Shown in pieces: positions 44,628-55,708 of a stretch of 64,000 nt of DNA. Position 1 is the stretch's first letter, and each line of letters begins with the position of its first letter. Where the stretch lies: assembly GCA_045803545.1 (NCBI GenBank), contig JBJMOW010000005.1, positions 224,001 through 288,000 of the forward strand. Reading direction: 5' to 3'. The notes beneath the pieces were generated by a model. That model was not told the origin of the DNA and made no database searches. It worked only from the letters and a program-made list of their open reading frames with translations. The DNA comes from Gemmatimonadaceae bacterium (lineage in GTDB: Bacteria; Gemmatimonadota; Gemmatimonadetes; Gemmatimonadales; Gemmatimonadaceae). Both the position numbers and the translations under genes were made by a program.

Positions 44628-45897
44628 GTATCAGCGTCGTGTTTCGGTTGCGTGAGTATGCGAGACTCGGCGCGCCATCTGGCGCGGTAACCGGACGGCT
44701 TGCAACGACGGCCATCATCACCCAGAACAAACCGTTCCACGCCGCTGGATTCGTCATTGCGCCAAATATGAGCGCGACCCCGCCAGCGAGACAGGCAGCC
44801 GTGTAGGTCGGACGACGGTCTGCTCCTGGCTTTAGGAGACAATAAAGGAGAGTACCGCTCAGGCCGACTACCAACAGGAGAACCGAGACACCGCCGCCCG
44901 CATGGAAAATCTCGACCACGAAATTTTCTGAGACTGTACCGTGAACTCCGAGGCTTTCCGAAATCTCCCGATATGCCGAAGCCCCGTGGCCGAAAATCGG
45001 GCTCCGCTCGGCGTCGCGCAGAAACATCTTCCACATAACCACGCGTGACCAACCGGTGCCCGCATCGAGCTTCACAATCGTGAAGAAGCGCTGCGTCACC
45101 AGTGCGCGCACCAATGGGCTGGTGACGAACATCGTACCGGCGACTGCCGGCAGCGCAATCATCAGCGACAGCGCACGCGTCAGTACGCCGAAGCCGGTGT
45201 ATTGCTTCCGGAATCGCCACGCAGCGACAGGAGTAACCGTGAGGACCGCGATGATAAAGGCCAACCACGGGCCACGCGCGAGCGCGAGCAACGCAGCTAC
45301 TCCGTGCACCACGAATGCAACCAAGGCCAATATGAAACCGCGGCGTGATGTTGCGAACATGGCAGACGCGGCTGCTGCCGCTGCGAACGCGCTCGTATAA
45401 GTACCGACGATCGTGCCGAGCCCCAGTATGTAGCTGTCTTCACCCATTGCCTGCCCACTTCCGGCAGCAATCAATGCACGAGAGACGAGAGCGACCGACA
45501 TGCAAACGCTGCTTACCGCCAGCACTCTGAAGAACCGTTCCCAGCCTTGTGGCTGGAGCACGTAATAACAGCGAATCGCAGAGAACGCGGCGAGATTCAG
45601 AGTCAATACGGCAACGTCGGCGATGCCGTAAGGTTTGTACTCGGCGGGTGTCGCGAATGCCGTGCTGAGTACAATGAAAGGCACCATCGCCCAGAGCGCG
45701 AGAACAGGGCCATCGATCGCATCGACGACTTGCCACCGGTACACCGCAATTACTACGAGCGCGCCAATAAAGCCCCAGATCAGGAGCGGAAGGCCACCAA
45801 TGTGGAATTGAAAGTAGGAGTTGAAGGGTGCCACCGCCGCGCCGGTGAGCATGGTAAGCTCGGCGGCGCTGAAGCTGTTATTGGGGGAAATCGTCAC
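44590..45897 (-). CDS. O-antigen ligase/Wzy polymerase family protein
   Basis: Polytopic membrane protein; ARGPWLA, R..MW, PIFGHG, ENFVVEI. Confidence 0.75.
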   Translation of the reverse strand: MTISPNNSFSAAELTMLTGAAVAPFNSYFQFHIGGLPLLIWGFIGALVVIAVYRWQVVDAIDGPVLALWAMVPFIVLSTAFATPAEYKPYGIADVAVLTLNLAAFSAIRCYYVLQPQGWERFFRVLAVSSVCMSVALVSRALIAAGSGQAMGEDSYILGLGTIVGTYTSAFAAAAAASAMFATSRRGFILALVAFVVHGVAALLALARGPWLAFIIAVLTVTPVAAWRFRKQYTGFGVLTRALSLMIALPAVAGTMFVTSPLVRALVTQRFFTIVKLDAGTGWSRVVMWKMFLRDAERSPIFGHGASAYREISESLGVHGTVSENFVVEIFHAGGGVSVLLLVVGLSGTLLYCLLKPGADRRPTYTAACLAGGVALIFGAMTNPAAWNGLFWVMMAVVASRPVTAPDGAPSLAYSRNRNTTLIPTGSVVAPSAGN

Positions 45898-46934
45898 CAG
45901 CCGTCCGAACGCGGCGCCCTCACGAAGGCAAACCAGAACAGAAGCGTCGCCGTAAGAAGGATCGATCCCAGGGCGATCAGGGTGCGTGGCGGTCCTGAGC
46001 GTTTCTCGGGTGCGGAAGCACTATCAACGCGCGCCACCATCGGAGCGTTGTTGTACTCGGTGAGTCTGGCGTTCTCGATCGTCGACTCGAGCTGCTCCTT
46101 GAGCGCGGTCAAGCGCAGGGTCTCAGCGCGAAGCCGCTCCTCCTGGCGCTTGAGGACCGGGCTCTGATCGCCGCGGATCGACAGCAGCGATCTGTTTTGC
46201 AGAAGGAAAGTTTCCAGACGGTCTTCACTGGCCTCGAGGCGGCCCTCGACGTCGCTGAGGAATCCCTCAGTGAACTTGCGCCGCTCCGCAGCCTGATTGC
46301 GGCGGAAACGGACATTGAGGTTGTCGATCAGTTCAACCGAGCGGTTGGCGATTGCCGCAGCGGCCACCGGTGATTTCGCATCGACCCGCACCACCACCAC
46401 GCCCGACGGCTGTGTCGAGACCTCGATCATCTTCTTCAGCTTGATGCGGGCTTTCCAATTTCGGATGCTGTCGTTCTTGGCGCTCGTAATGATATAGTTC
46501 TTGACCAGAATCGGCTTGCCCTTGGGGACAATCGGAATTGGCGACGCCGCGAGGCTGTCGAAGAAAGATTGAGACTTGAGCAGATCGACAAAGAAAGCAG
46601 GATTGTTTCCGAGAGATCCGCCGGCCGCCGAGAGCAGCGCACTCAGGGGTCCCAGTGAACCAAGGGAAGAAGCCAGGTCACCTCCCTGTTTTCCCTCCGA
46701 ATAGAAGGACGCCCGCGCTGTGTACTTGGCGGGGAGTACTATCGCCAGCGTAGTCCCAAGGATCGCTGCCGCGATCATCATGATCGTCACAGGCTTGCGT
46801 CGCTCGCGCAGGTACTCGCGCGCGAGCCTGACGCGCACGCGGCCCTTTCTTTCCTCGCGGTCATCGACGGCTATGGGCTCAATGACCGGTATCGGGTGGA
46901 TTCTTTCCACCGCCGAATCGCTGGGTGCGTTCAC
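45894..46934 (-). CDS. Wzz/GumC-type chain-length determinant (no kinase domain)
   Basis: Two TM helices, PAKYTARA, coiled coil, VDSASAPEKRSGPPR. Confidence 0.8.
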   Translation of the reverse strand: MNAPSDSAVERIHPIPVIEPIAVDDREERKGRVRVRLAREYLRERRKPVTIMMIAAAILGTTLAIVLPAKYTARASFYSEGKQGGDLASSLGSLGPLSALLSAAGGSLGNNPAFFVDLLKSQSFFDSLAASPIPIVPKGKPILVKNYIITSAKNDSIRNWKARIKLKKMIEVSTQPSGVVVVRVDAKSPVAAAAIANRSVELIDNLNVRFRRNQAAERRKFTEGFLSDVEGRLEASEDRLETFLLQNRSLLSIRGDQSPVLKRQEERLRAETLRLTALKEQLESTIENARLTEYNNAPMVARVDSASAPEKRSGPPRTLIALGSILLTATLLFWFAFVRAPRSDGW

Positions 46935-46944
46935 GGTTTGCTAC

Positions 46945-48627
46945 TCACCTTATGCTGAACGGAGAAAAAGTGATCGACAACGTTCTGTTCCGGATGTCAC
47001 GTCGTACGCCAACGTTCGGGCATCCGCCATCGTTCTGGAACAGGAAATTCTCTCGATCCTGAAAAGACACATCAGCGGTTAGGGTCCCGAGGCTGGACGA
47101 GCTCGCCAGGCGTATGCCGGGATAAAGACTGACATCGTGACTACAGTAGCTCTGATAATCCGGAAAAGGAAAGGTGCTGTGGACATCCTCGTTCCAGCGA
47201 ATTCGGCCGCCGTAGACGCCGAATCGCCAGCTTGGCTTAACGTAGTCTATCGCCAGCCATTGACTTGATGCGCCCGGACCAATCGAGGCGCCGAGTACCT
47301 CGCCGCGATTTGTGTAGCCCTGTATGACACGGGTGCTCATGTACCACGACTCCTGCGGCAAGTCACGGAATGTAGCGCTTTGCTCCATTTGCGTTACTTC
47401 GCTCTGTAACCGAACTATACCCCCGAGCCAGGCGGGGCGCCGCCATTGGAGTCCGAGCGTGTAGGCCTGAGTGTGGTTTGGTCTCACGAGTAAATCGTGC
47501 AGATCCAGGCGCAGCTGCGTGCGGGCCCACTCGGTATAGACTTCGAGTCCATCTGCAGGTGCGACCCACCGCGCAAAGAGTGAGAAGAGCTGGTCCTTTC
47601 GCGTGGGCTTCGTGGCCGCATCCTCGGGGGTCGCGTTTCCCGTATGACCTGTGCGTGCGAGGACATCGAACCAGCGCCATGGCACCTGACCCCACCCGGT
47701 CGCGGTCGAATAGACGGAGCGCGCAAAACCGAAGCTCAAGTTGGGATTCCACACGGTTTGCAGTGTCGTCGCGATAGATGCGAGAGATCTCACGTTGTTC
47801 GTCGAGACCGTGTCGAAAAACTTCGACTCGGTTAGCCCACCGACCAGCCAACGTGCTTCGAGCAGTCCGAAGCGAGTGGAAAGAGGTCGCGCTGTTCGGA
47901 TCAAGAAATGGGGGAAGCCCGGCGCGTTGTTGCTGAGGACGATCGCATTTCGAATACCCGGCCCCCACCATTCGTTCTCGTTCGAGAATCCAAATTCAAA
48001 TCGATTGGTCGAGAACAACGCCGACGACTGTCCGGGATCAAAGCGGCGGATGGGACCTTTGCCAAACCGCAATGGCTGATCGATCGACCACTGCGAAGCG
48101 ACGTACTGAGGGAACACGTAGCCACCGCCTGCTCGATCCGCTGGGATGACAGGCAGGTGCTGGTCAAAGGGGAAAGGGCGAATGACCCAGTCGGAGTTTT
48201 CGGAGGAAATCAGCTCGGGCGCAAAAATGACCCTTACTCGCCGGCTCTCGAGCTTGAAGCCAGTCAGCGTCCGCGTGCTCAATCCCCTTCCCGCCCAAAG
48301 CGCACCATAATTCTGCGAGAACGGTATAGCCGTGCTGTGAACGAACAAAAGCTGGGGCACAAGCGGAGAAAGGCGGACCTGTCCTGGCTCGCTCGGCACC
48401 GGCCGCGTGAGCGACGATGCGGATCGAAGAAGCAATGACTGGCCGGCGCCTACGCCATTCACCAATTGATCGAGCCGAATACGATCGACACTCTCGCTAG
48501 TAACGAGGATCAGCGACGAAGCAGGAACACGAACCGAATCGTGCGCAACGGAGGTAGTTTGTTGCGCGAGACCAACGCGGGAAACGGATAATGCTACGGT
48601 CAGTAAGGCGGCAATGCGGAGATTCAA
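46945..48627 (-). CDS. Wzi-like outer-membrane beta-barrel, paralog 3
   Basis: NYGALWAGRG, DQPLRFG, NEWWGPG, SNNAPGFPH, GYTNRGEVLGASIGPG. Confidence 0.78.
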   Translation of the reverse strand: MNLRIAALLTVALSVSRVGLAQQTTSVAHDSVRVPASSLILVTSESVDRIRLDQLVNGVGAGQSLLLRSASSLTRPVPSEPGQVRLSPLVPQLLFVHSTAIPFSQNYGALWAGRGLSTRTLTGFKLESRRVRVIFAPELISSENSDWVIRPFPFDQHLPVIPADRAGGGYVFPQYVASQWSIDQPLRFGKGPIRRFDPGQSSALFSTNRFEFGFSNENEWWGPGIRNAIVLSNNAPGFPHFLIRTARPLSTRFGLLEARWLVGGLTESKFFDTVSTNNVRSLASIATTLQTVWNPNLSFGFARSVYSTATGWGQVPWRWFDVLARTGHTGNATPEDAATKPTRKDQLFSLFARWVAPADGLEVYTEWARTQLRLDLHDLLVRPNHTQAYTLGLQWRRPAWLGGIVRLQSEVTQMEQSATFRDLPQESWYMSTRVIQGYTNRGEVLGASIGPGASSQWLAIDYVKPSWRFGVYGGRIRWNEDVHSTFPFPDYQSYCSHDVSLYPGIRLASSSSLGTLTADVSFQDRENFLFQNDGGCPNVGVRRDIRNRTLSITFSPFSIR

Positions 48628-48657
48628 AAATCGGCTCGCGATAGAGTGTGGCGTACG

Positions 48658-49809
48658 TCAGAGCTGCGTCTTGAGAGTATGCCGAACGGCGTCTGCTACA
48701 CAAGTGACTGTCACCGGATTGGAAGGTGGAGTGTCCACTGGAGCCGGAGACCGAGCGAGCCCCGCCAGCTCTCCGGCAACCACGGCCGACGATGGACTGG
48801 TTGGCCCAAACCATTTCGGATTGCCCATTTCGAAGATCGCGACAAGTGGTACACTCAACGCGTCGGCGATATGCATCGGTCCGCTGTCATTGCAGATGAA
48901 GACATCGCAACATGAGATGATCGCCATCAGCTCGCGCAGACCCGGACGCACAACGAGCGTGGATTCGGGCCAGCCTCCTGGATCCTGGTCTTCGGGTCCA
49001 AGCATCACCACATGCCTCCCACTAACCTCGTTGCGCAGCACGCGTGACAGCTCCCGGAAATGATCGCCAGGCCAACGCTTGCCCGAGTGCGATCCGCCAG
49101 GGTGGTAGCCGATTGTAGGGCGGCCGGCTCCGAGCTCTCGCGTGAGGAGTCGCTCAGCATCGTTCTTTTCGTCGCGAGTCACCACGAGCAGCGAACGCGT
49201 CGGACTTCGCTTCAGCGTCCGGCCTTCGCTCGGCAACAACCTCAACAAATCGTCCCAGTCAGCGTGCTTGTGGGTGTCATCGCGGTTGCTCGGCAATGCT
49301 GCTGTCAGCAGCCATCCGCCGCCCCCGATGTCGTAACCGATTCGGCGCGGCGCCAACGTGATCGCGGCGAGCAGATTCGAGCGTAGGTCCATCCGCGCGT
49401 CGATCGTCAAATCGAACTTCCTGTCTCGTAATGTGGCAATCAGGTCCCGCATGTGCCGGCGGGCAGTGGCGCCGAACCGGTATTTGTGGCTCGGTGCTGT
49501 CCATGGCAGCTCGGCATCGATCACCTCATCGACGAGTCCCGTGTTGGCGAGCAACTCTCGAGCGAAAGGGCGAGCCAGGAGCGAGATGCTCGCGCCTGGA
49601 AAGCGATCGCGCAGAGCCGACAGAAAGGGCGTGACCAACACGACGTCGCCAATGTACCAGGGTTCGATGATCAGGATGCGCTCGATGGCGCGTGGCGGAT
49701 TGGTTGCCTGTCGCAGCGCGCGAAACGGCGCGAAGAGGGTGCGCCCCGCAAGATCAACTGCGTTCAGTACCGCGATCCGTGTGCGGCTAACAGGCCAAGT
49801 GAGCGCCAT
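48658..49809 (-). CDS. Glycosyltransferase family 9 (heptosyltransferase-like), paralog
   Basis: ILIIEPWYIGDVVL, HPGGS..GKRWP, CNDSGPMHIA; start at ATG 49809. Confidence 0.9.
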   Translation of the reverse strand: MALTWPVSRTRIAVLNAVDLAGRTLFAPFRALRQATNPPRAIERILIIEPWYIGDVVLVTPFLSALRDRFPGASISLLARPFARELLANTGLVDEVIDAELPWTAPSHKYRFGATARRHMRDLIATLRDRKFDLTIDARMDLRSNLLAAITLAPRRIGYDIGGGGWLLTAALPSNRDDTHKHADWDDLLRLLPSEGRTLKRSPTRSLLVVTRDEKNDAERLLTRELGAGRPTIGYHPGGSHSGKRWPGDHFRELSRVLRNEVSGRHVVMLGPEDQDPGGWPESTLVVRPGLRELMAIISCCDVFICNDSGPMHIADALSVPLVAIFEMGNPKWFGPTSPSSAVVAGELAGLARSPAPVDTPPSNPVTVTCVADAVRHTLKTQL

Positions 49810-49837
49810 TAGCAGCGCGCCATCAGGATCTGTCCGC

Positions 49838-50839
49838 TCAGAGCAATCGATCGCGCCAGGTTCGCGGCACGAGTGGCGAGTCGATCTCGATCGGAAGATG
49901 GTATTCGAACGGCTTGGGCCCGTGAGCACGAATCCACTCGACCATTGAGATCAGACCCTCGCGCAAAGTCACCTTCGTCTTGTACCCAAGGAGTTTACGC
50001 GCCTTGTCCGCGCTGCACGTAGCGTTCTTAACTTCTCTCGGCCGATCGGTGACATATATCGGCTTGAGCGAGAACGACAGCAGGTCGGCGAGCATCACGG
50101 CCAGCTCATTGATCGTGGCAGCTTCCTCGTCCGGTCCGATGTTAATCATCTCGCCCGATAGTCCTGCTTGAGTTCCCATCTTCAGTAAGGGATCGACGCA
50201 GTCCTGCACGAAAGAAAATGAACGGCGTTGCTCACCATCCCCATAGATAATCGGTTGCTTTCCTTGCAGCATCCGATTGATCATGATGCTAGCGACGTTG
50301 CGATACGGATCATCGTACTTCTGCCGCGGACCAATGATGTTGTGCGGCACCGCGATCACATACTCCATGCCGTGCGTTTCACTGACGTTCCTCACGACCC
50401 ACTCGCCGGCAACCTTGGCAATCCCGTAAGGATCTACTGGCGCGGCAGGCTGGTCCTCTTTAAACGGAGGCTTGCCTTCACCATAACGAGCCATGCTCGA
50501 ACAGTAGACGAATCGCTTAACGCGTTTACTCGCGGCAGCGGCAAGCAATCCGGCCGTGTTTTCGTATACGTGTTTCGCGATAATCGCCGGGGAGAAAACA
50601 CTCAGGCCCTCGGTCGCAATCGCGCCGCAGTGGTACACCAGATCGACGTCCTGGAGTAGCGGTTTCATCGCCTGCACGTCCCCGCAATCCGCCTCTTCGA
50701 ACTGGATGCCCTCGGGAAGATTCTGGAGATCTCCCCCGATCATGTTGTCGCAGCCAACGACTTCATCGCCTGAACGCGTGAAAGCGTCGGCAAGATGGCT
50801 GCCCAGGAAGCCAGCCACGCCTGAGATGAAAACTTTCAT
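49838..50839 (-). CDS. NAD-dependent epimerase/dehydratase
   Basis: GVAGFLG, SSMARYG, YGIAK, HNIIGPRQ. Confidence 0.9.
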   Translation of the reverse strand: MKVFISGVAGFLGSHLADAFTRSGDEVVGCDNMIGGDLQNLPEGIQFEEADCGDVQAMKPLLQDVDLVYHCGAIATEGLSVFSPAIIAKHVYENTAGLLAAAASKRVKRFVYCSSMARYGEGKPPFKEDQPAAPVDPYGIAKVAGEWVVRNVSETHGMEYVIAVPHNIIGPRQKYDDPYRNVASIMINRMLQGKQPIIYGDGEQRRSFSFVQDCVDPLLKMGTQAGLSGEMINIGPDEEAATINELAVMLADLLSFSLKPIYVTDRPREVKNATCSADKARKLLGYKTKVTLREGLISMVEWIRAHGPKPFEYHLPIEIDSPLVPRTWRDRLL

Positions 50840-50849
50840 TGTTTTCTTG

Positions 50850-52409
50850 TTAAAAGGCTCCGGTTCGCCTCAAGACCGCGGGAATTGTCCGGAATAGAAT
50901 ACTAACATCGAGCCAGAACGACCACTGTTCGATGTACTGCCGATCGAGGAAGATCACATCCTCGAAGTCGACCATTTCGCTGCGTCCGCTCACCTGCCAC
51001 AACCCAGTAATGCCCGGCTTCGCGTCGAGCCGGCGGAAGTGGTGGTCCTCGTACTCCTCGAAGTCACTCTCGAAAAAAGGCCGAGGCCCGATCAGCGACA
51101 TGTCTCCGATCAGGACGTTTGCGAGCTGCGGCAATTCGTCGAGACTCCAGCGGCGAAGGAAACGACCAAGCCGCGTGGTACGGGGATCGTTGGGAATCTT
51201 GAATAGGCGTCTGTCGCCGGTGTGATTCAGGTGAGCCAGGCGCTGTTTCTCGTCATCGGCACCGACGTGCATTGTGCGGAACTTGAACATCCGGAAGCGG
51301 CGCCCACCGAGCCCTGCACGCTCCTGAAGGAAGAACGGCGAGCCCGGCGAATCGAGGCGAACTGCAATGATGATCGCCAGCAATACAGGGGAGAGGAGCG
51401 TGAGCAGGATGCTGCTCACAACTATGTCGACCACGCGCTTGGAGATCAGCGCACGCGCCTTGAGAACCGGACTGCCAAGCTCGAAGAATGGTTGATCGTG
51501 GTGCCACACGAGCGTAGGCCTCAACCCGTAAACCCGGACTGCGCGCGCCGGGAACAGGACCTGACAACCCGCGTGCAAGCACTCCTCGATCAGGTCGTTG
51601 ATCCTACTCGCCGGCAAATCGGCGCAGACGACGACTGCCTCGGCATCGTGCTCACTGATGACGGCAGTAAGATTATCGATCGTGCCGATCAGTGCGGCGT
51701 CGGCGCCGGCATTTCCGGTTTCGTTGCTCGCATCGCCATGAGACAGCGTCGCGACGTATCCGGCTACTTGATAGTCTCCGCCAGGCGCGGCCACAGCTTT
51801 CCTATACCGCTCGGCGTTTTGTGGGTTGCCGACGAGAATGGCAACCCCGGCTCCTCGTTGACCGGGCCACAGATCACGCAGAATCCATTCTGACAGCTGG
51901 CGAACGAGATAGAGAATGAGCCAAATCGTGCCGGCCGTTGCGACTATCGGCAAAACGAGGTTGGCTAGGAGCCCCCTCGCAATGCCGCCCGCCCACGCGA
52001 GGACGCACGCGCCGGCGACGGCCAGGAAAAGCCGAAAGGGAAGATTCAATGCCCGATGTCTGCTGTGACCACCGGTTGCAAACACCGCCGTGAGAATCAA
52101 CACGCTTAGCCAAATAAACCGCGCCCCTCCGTCCAGGAGCGGCGTGTCTGCATAGAGGATCGCTCCGTTGATCGTTTCAGAGCCGAGCCACACGGCGACG
52201 AGTCTCGCAAGGCCGATGGCGATGATGTCGCCAAGCAGCAGGACGGCAAAGCGCGTGGCGACACGACCAGTGTGACGACGCACGGCGCGCGGACGTCGAT
52301 CAAGCAAGGCAGATCGACGCTGCAGGCCAGGGTGGATCAAAACTTTGGCTTCGACAAAAGGCGGCGCCAACGTCACTAGGCTGTCCGGTCGGTGGTCATT
52401 TCGAGCCAT
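50850..52409 (-). CDS. Priming sugar (phosphoglycosyl) transferase, WcaJ/WbaP-type
   Basis: N-terminal TM helices; [58 protein letters not shown]. Confidence 0.92.
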   Translation of the reverse strand: MARNDHRPDSLVTLAPPFVEAKVLIHPGLQRRSALLDRRPRAVRRHTGRVATRFAVLLLGDIIAIGLARLVAVWLGSETINGAILYADTPLLDGGARFIWLSVLILTAVFATGGHSRHRALNLPFRLFLAVAGACVLAWAGGIARGLLANLVLPIVATAGTIWLILYLVRQLSEWILRDLWPGQRGAGVAILVGNPQNAERYRKAVAAPGGDYQVAGYVATLSHGDASNETGNAGADAALIGTIDNLTAVISEHDAEAVVVCADLPASRINDLIEECLHAGCQVLFPARAVRVYGLRPTLVWHHDQPFFELGSPVLKARALISKRVVDIVVSSILLTLLSPVLLAIIIAVRLDSPGSPFFLQERAGLGGRRFRMFKFRTMHVGADDEKQRLAHLNHTGDRRLFKIPNDPRTTRLGRFLRRWSLDELPQLANVLIGDMSLIGPRPFFESDFEEYEDHHFRRLDAKPGITGLWQVSGRSEMVDFEDVIFLDRQYIEQWSFWLDVSILFRTIPAVLRRTGAF

Positions 52410-52630
52410 TGCGATAGCAAAATCCTAGCCTTTCCGCGAGGCCGGCTGAGTGCCTGCAAATATGCCCCAGTGCACCACAACCCACCGACGCAACAACCGT
52501 CACACGAAGCGTTAACCCGAGAAGGCGCGAAATCTACCCTCACGCACTAGCGTCGCACAGTCTCCGTGTCCGCTGCTAACTTTCTTCACTCGTTGTCCGC
52601 GCTTTCGGCAATCACCCTGCCTCCTGACCG

Positions 52631-53677
52631 ATGAAAGTTCTTGTAACTGGCGCTGCGGGATTTATTGGCTTTCACACAGCAAGAAAACTACTTGCCAGAG
52701 GTGAGGACGTTGTTGGGTTCGACAACCTCAATTCCTATTACGACATTCGGCTCAAAGAGGCGCGACTCAACCAGTTACAAGCTGACCCGCGGTTTACGTT
52801 CATTCGCGGTGAGCTTGCCGACGCTTCGATAGTTAACGAGGTATTTCGTGAACATGATATCGGCTCGGCGATTCACCTCGCCGCACAAGCGGGGGTCCGC
52901 TATTCACTAAAAAACCCGCGAGCGTACGTCGACAGCAATTTGATCGGTTTCGTCAACGTTCTTGAGGCAGCACGATATGCAAATCTGCGACATCTCGTGT
53001 ACGCCTCGTCCTCGTCCGTATACGGCGCGAATACTTCGATGCCATTTAGCGTGCGTCAGAACGTTGATCATCCGCTGAGCCTTTATGCTGCGACCAAGAA
53101 AGCAAATGAGCTGATGGCTCATTCTTACAGCCACCTGTTTCGGATTCCTACTACCGGACTCCGCTTCTTCACAGTCTACGGGCCATGGGGCCGGCCGGAC
53201 ATGGCCCTATTCCTGTTCACAAAGGCAATCCTCGCTGGCGAGCCGATCGAGCTTTTCAATCATGGACGCATGCGACGAGACTTCACGTACATCGATGACA
53301 TAGTGGAGGGCGTCGTACGCGTTCTCGACAGACCTGCGGCCCCGAACGCGGATTGGAACGGCGGCGATCCTGATTCTGCGTCGAGCAGAGCCCCTTACAG
53401 GCTTTACAATATCGGGAATAACTCGCCTGTAGAGTTGGCGCGGCTGGTCGAGGTACTCGAAAGCGCGCTCGGACGCAAAGCGGAGAAGCGGCTGGTTGAC
53501 ATGCAGCCTGGCGACGTCCCAGCAACCTATGCTGACATCGACGCTCTTGTTGAGGACGTTGGCTTTCGGCCTTCCACACCGATCGAGGAGGGGGTGGAGC
53601 GATTTGTCGCTTGGTACAAGTCGTTTTATAAAGCCGGACCGAAGGCTGTCAGACGGACAAGCAAAGCGTCGCGCTAA
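52631..53677 (+). CDS. UDP-glucuronate 4-epimerase (Uge/CapI-type)
   Basis: TGAAGFIG, HLAAQAGVRYS, YAATKKANE, RFFTVYGPWGRPDMA. Confidence 0.92.
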   Translation: MKVLVTGAAGFIGFHTARKLLARGEDVVGFDNLNSYYDIRLKEARLNQLQADPRFTFIRGELADASIVNEVFREHDIGSAIHLAAQAGVRYSLKNPRAYVDSNLIGFVNVLEAARYANLRHLVYASSSSVYGANTSMPFSVRQNVDHPLSLYAATKKANELMAHSYSHLFRIPTTGLRFFTVYGPWGRPDMALFLFTKAILAGEPIELFNHGRMRRDFTYIDDIVEGVVRVLDRPAAPNADWNGGDPDSASSRAPYRLYNIGNNSPVELARLVEVLESALGRKAEKRLVDMQPGDVPATYADIDALVEDVGFRPSTPIEEGVERFVAWYKSFYKAGPKAVRRTSKASR

Positions 53678-53678
53678 A

Positions 53679-54713
53679 TCAGCGCCCAGCTACCGGAGCT
53701 CCTGCTTCGGATGACGTTGCAGCGACCTCCCTGATTCTCCGATCGAGGAGTGTCCAGCCGAGTACAACAAGAATCCCATATCCAGCGATCGCCGTGATCA
53801 GCTGAGCGCCGCTGCCGTTCCGGACGCACAACGCGAGGACGGCGCCGAACGCTGCGGCGAGGGCGTAAAGCGAGGTTACGCGCGCGTGGCCCCAGCCACC
53901 ATTCGCGAGACGCTGATATAGATGCGATCGATGTGCCTGCGTCAGCTGTTCACGGCGCCGAATGCGCAGCAGCACCGTTAGAAAAGCGTCGAGAAACAGC
54001 GGAAGCAACGGCAAAAACAATAGAGACGCTGGAGCGCTGCCCAATGCGAAGGCGCCGGCGATTACGAAAAACATTCCGAGCGGCCCCGAGCCAACATCGC
54101 CCATGAACATTTTTGCGGGCGACCAGTTCCAGAGCAGGAAGCCAAAGCATGCTGCCGCGAGAACTATCCCGAACTGAGAACCTGTGCTCCCGCGCGAGGC
54201 CAGACTGAAGACAAATACTCCGTAGACGACACCCTGGGCCGATACCATACCATCTAGACCATCCATAAAGTTGACGATGTTGATTGATGCGACCGTCCAA
54301 AACACCCACCATGCGAGCCAAAGGAATTCGAGGACGCCTGCGTGAGGACCCCGGGCTGCGACTACCAGCGTGATAGCAACACCGCAGGCGATGTGGACGG
54401 CCAGTCGGACGCCGACTCGCATAGACCGCGTGTCATCCAGCCAACCAACCGCGGCAAGTGCGACGATGGCGACGATCAGCGCAACATCACTCAGCTGGAT
54501 TCCGACGTGTCGGCTAACTAGCTCCGTGGTAAGACCCCACAGCACCGCCGCTACAAGCGCCACACCCCCGCCCCGTGGTGTTGGGACCGAGTGGGAGCTT
54601 CGATGGTTAGGGATGTCGAGAACCCCTGCGCGACGCGAGACACGAAGCATCAATCCGACGCCCAGGATCGATATCGCAAAGGAGCCAGCCACTAACCACC
54701 CCGTCCCCATCAC
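53679..54713 (-). CDS. MraY/WecA/WbpL-family polyprenyl-phosphate HexNAc-1-P transferase
   Basis: DIPNHRSSHSVPTPRGGG, GWLDD, NFMDGLDG, FMGDVGS, AHRSHLYQRL. Confidence 0.92.
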   Translation of the reverse strand: MMGTGWLVAGSFAISILGVGLMLRVSRRAGVLDIPNHRSSHSVPTPRGGGVALVAAVLWGLTTELVSRHVGIQLSDVALIVAIVALAAVGWLDDTRSMRVGVRLAVHIACGVAITLVVAARGPHAGVLEFLWLAWWVFWTVASINIVNFMDGLDGMVSAQGVVYGVFVFSLASRGSTGSQFGIVLAAACFGFLLWNWSPAKMFMGDVGSGPLGMFFVIAGAFALGSAPASLLFLPLLPLFLDAFLTVLLRIRRREQLTQAHRSHLYQRLANGGWGHARVTSLYALAAAFGAVLALCVRNGSGAQLITAIAGYGILVVLGWTLLDRRIREVAATSSEAGAPVAGR

Positions 54714-55708
54714 TTTGCGATTCGAGTTGCGGGCCGCACTTGACGCGCCGCCACTGCCGAATAGTAGTACTCTGCTGTTTCCTGCAGAGCGGCGTCAACT
54801 CTGATCGGAGGCCGCCAGTTCAACAGTCGCTGCGATTTGCTGATGTCGACTCGAAGAGAATCCAGCAAACGGTTAGCGAAGTCACGCTTTCCCACAATCG
54901 ATGCGATCGCCCGCAATGCTAGAACTGGAATCGGAAAGAGTCGCAGGCGCCGGCCCATCGCTGTGGCAGTTCGTTGTAGCAGCTCCGGGGTTGACAGATC
55001 TTCTCCGTCACTGACCAGGAACGTCTGCCCGGAAGCAGCCGGGTGGTCGAGGCAGCGCAAAAGAAAATCCTGAAGGTTGCCGATGGAAACCAGACTACGT
55101 GCATTCGCCACGAGGGCGAAGGGAAGTGGAATCTCCTTGTCCAGCCAGCGCATAAGCTCCAAAAAGTTTGCGCGTACACCCGGTCCGTAAACCAGTACGG
55201 GGCGTACGACGACTACTTCCATGCTCGTTTCGTCGGCAATGTTTCGCAGTCCGACCTCCGCATCACTTTTTGAACGGGCATAAATCTCTCGCGGATTTGC
55301 CGGATCATCAGCCCGAAAAGGCTTGTCGATAGGCGTCGACTCTCCGTTCACCTTTACCGAACTGAGGAAAACAAAGCGACGTGCACCCGCTGCAGCTGCT
55401 GCACGTGCAAGTCTGACCGTGCTGTCGACGTTCAGCTTCCTGTAGTTTTCGACCGACGAACCATGTCGTTGGTGGACGAGAGCAGCGGAATGAACCACGA
55501 TTTGTACATCTCCAAGCAGCACATCCCAATCGATATCACCGGCGAGATCGCTGACTGTTACCTGCTCACCGACGATTTCGGTCGGCCGGCGAACAACGGC
55601 GCGGGCGATCCATCGCGGGTTTTGATTCAAAGAGCGAACTAGCGCGCTTCCGACAAAACCGGTCGCTCCAGTTACGAGCACCCTTGTCTTTCCGTCAGCG
55701 GGGCACAA
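54710..55708 (-). CDS. SDR nucleotide-sugar 4-epimerase/4-reductase (WbpV-like)
   Basis: TGATGFVG, FLSSVKVNGE, YARSK, RPVLVYGPGVRANF, VSDGEDLST. Confidence 0.87.
   Translation of the reverse strand: MCPADGKTRVLVTGATGFVGSALVRSLNQNPRWIARAVVRRPTEIVGEQVTVSDLAGDIDWDVLLGDVQIVVHSAALVHQRHGSSVENYRKLNVDSTVRLARAAAAAGARRFVFLSSVKVNGESTPIDKPFRADDPANPREIYARSKSDAEVGLRNIADETSMEVVVVRPVLVYGPGVRANFLELMRWLDKEIPLPFALVANARSLVSIGNLQDFLLRCLDHPAASGQTFLVSDGEDLSTPELLQRTATAMGRRLRLFPIPVLALRAIASIVGKRDFANRLLDSLRVDISKSQRLLNWRPPIRVDAALQETAEYYYSAVAARQVRPATRIAK

Noticed and set aside
52410..52630. ops/JUMPstart element or sigma54 promoter in the glycan-locus intergenic region
   Set aside because: No GGCGGTAG ops match, and the GG/GC spacing does not fit -24/-12
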